Source of the DNA: Octopus sinensis
Lineage: Eukaryota
DNA: 64,000 bases
Assembly: GCF_006345805.1 (NCBI RefSeq)
Contig: NC_043022.1
Coordinates: forward strand, 1,426,001-1,490,000
Direction: 5' to 3'
The notes beneath the pieces are model-generated. The model did no database searches. It was not told where the DNA came from and saw only the letters and a list, made by a program, of their open reading frames with translations. The translations under genes were made by a program, and so were the position numbers. This document shows positions 62,645 to 64,000 of this stretch, piece by piece (within the stretch, counting starts at the first letter, position 1; every line of letters starts with the position of its first letter).

Positions 62645-64000
62645 TATATTTGATGGGCTTCTTTCAGTTTCCTTCTACCAAATCCACTCACAAAGCTTTG
62701 TCCAGTTCAAGGCTATATTAGAAACACTTGCCCAAGGTTCCACTCTGTGGGAATGAACCCAGAACCATGTTGTTGGGAAGCAAACTTCTTACCCCATAGA
62801 AATGCCTGTGCTTGTTTACAAAATATAAATATAAACACATATATAAACAAGAGCACTGAGCAACACCAATGTCAATCTCAACGATTAGCCAGAGATGAGT
62901 TTTAAAATGAGAAGATCTGAAATAAACTCGATTGTTCTCACAAATGAGAATACTAAAAATGAACCTGACCACTCTTTACTCTTTTACATGTTTCAGTCAT
63001 TTGAATGCGGCCATGCTGGAGCACCACCTTTAGTGAGCAAATCGACCCCGGGACTTATTCTTTGTAAGCCCAGTACTTATTGTATTGGTCTCTTTTGCCG
63101 AACTGCTAAGTAAAGGGGACGTAAACACACCAGCATCGGTTGTCAAGCAATGCAAGGGGTACAAACACAGACACACAAATACATACACATACATATATAT
63201 ATATATATATACATATATACGATAGGCTTCTTTCAGTTTCTGTCTACCAAATCCACTCACAAGGCATTGGTCGGCCCGAGGCTATAGCAGAAGACACTTG
63301 AGCAAGGTGCCACGCAGTGGGACTGAACCCGGAACCATGTGGTTGGTTAGCAAGTTACTTACCACACAGCCACTCTCAACAATTAAGTAAAAAAAACATG
63401 AAAAATAATCCAGAATCCTTGTCCGGTACTGGATCAATCCCAAAATCTAATCAGTTTGTGCCAGCCATGAGGCCGAACATCCCTGAAAGTTTCATCCTAA
63501 TCCATCCAGTGGTTCTTGAGACAAACAAACAAACAAATACGACTGAAAACAATACCTCTGCCTTCGTTAAAGCGGAGGTTATAATTATATAAATAAATAA
63601 AACAAACACTTTTGATATCGTTTGATATATGTTTTTTTTTCATGTTTTAGAATTTTTTTCCCCTTTATTTATGAGTTATTTCCATCCATACATTAATTGT
63701 CAAAATTATAATTTACAGATAATAGTGATAAAAAAAAAATGACATTTTATCAAAAAAACCCAAAAGACAAACAAACAATTATATGTCCCTCTCTTACCAG
63801 AAAGTTGAACTAAGAACAAAAAAAAAATCAGTTAAAAATTAAAAAACCCCGATATATTTTTCTGATTTTTGTTATTGTGATTTCAGTAATATTTAGAAAA
63901 AAATGTTTTATATCTTTTAAATAATAATAATAATATTTTCTACTATAGGCACAAGGCCTGAAATTTATAGTAGGTGTTAGTCAATAACATTGACCCCCAG

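Overview
AT-rich, repeat-dense eukaryotic DNA. The repeat families and gene structure look like an octopus (coleoid cephalopod) genome; this is inferred, not proven. One protein-coding gene can be reconstructed: the 3' part of a Rabaptin-5/RABEP1 orthologue on the + strand. It has 13 GT-AG exons between 1236 and 43835 whose phases join into one open frame of about 585 aa: coiled coil, Ser-rich linker, Rabaptin C-terminal region and an invertebrate-type C-terminal FYVE finger. The 5' exons lie upstream of the window. Introns and downstream DNA are filled with three tRNA-headed SINE families, an RTE-tail-like (ATC)n element, Tc1/mariner, pogo, hAT and piggyBac-like MITEs or fragments, a non-autonomous Helitron, R4/Dong-like LINE 3' ends and microsatellites. 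Almost all other ORF-track entries are microsatellite or SINE artefacts. The most interesting unexplained signals are: (i) five short elements carrying type-I hammerhead-ribozyme-like folds with atypical cores and covarying stems (Penelope/retrozyme-like); (ii) several long near-perfect hairpins inside the RABEP1 pre-mRNA; (iii) inverted repeat pairs bracketing exon groups, an architecture associated with circRNA and ADAR editing; (iv) splice features that could switch the FYVE domain off.
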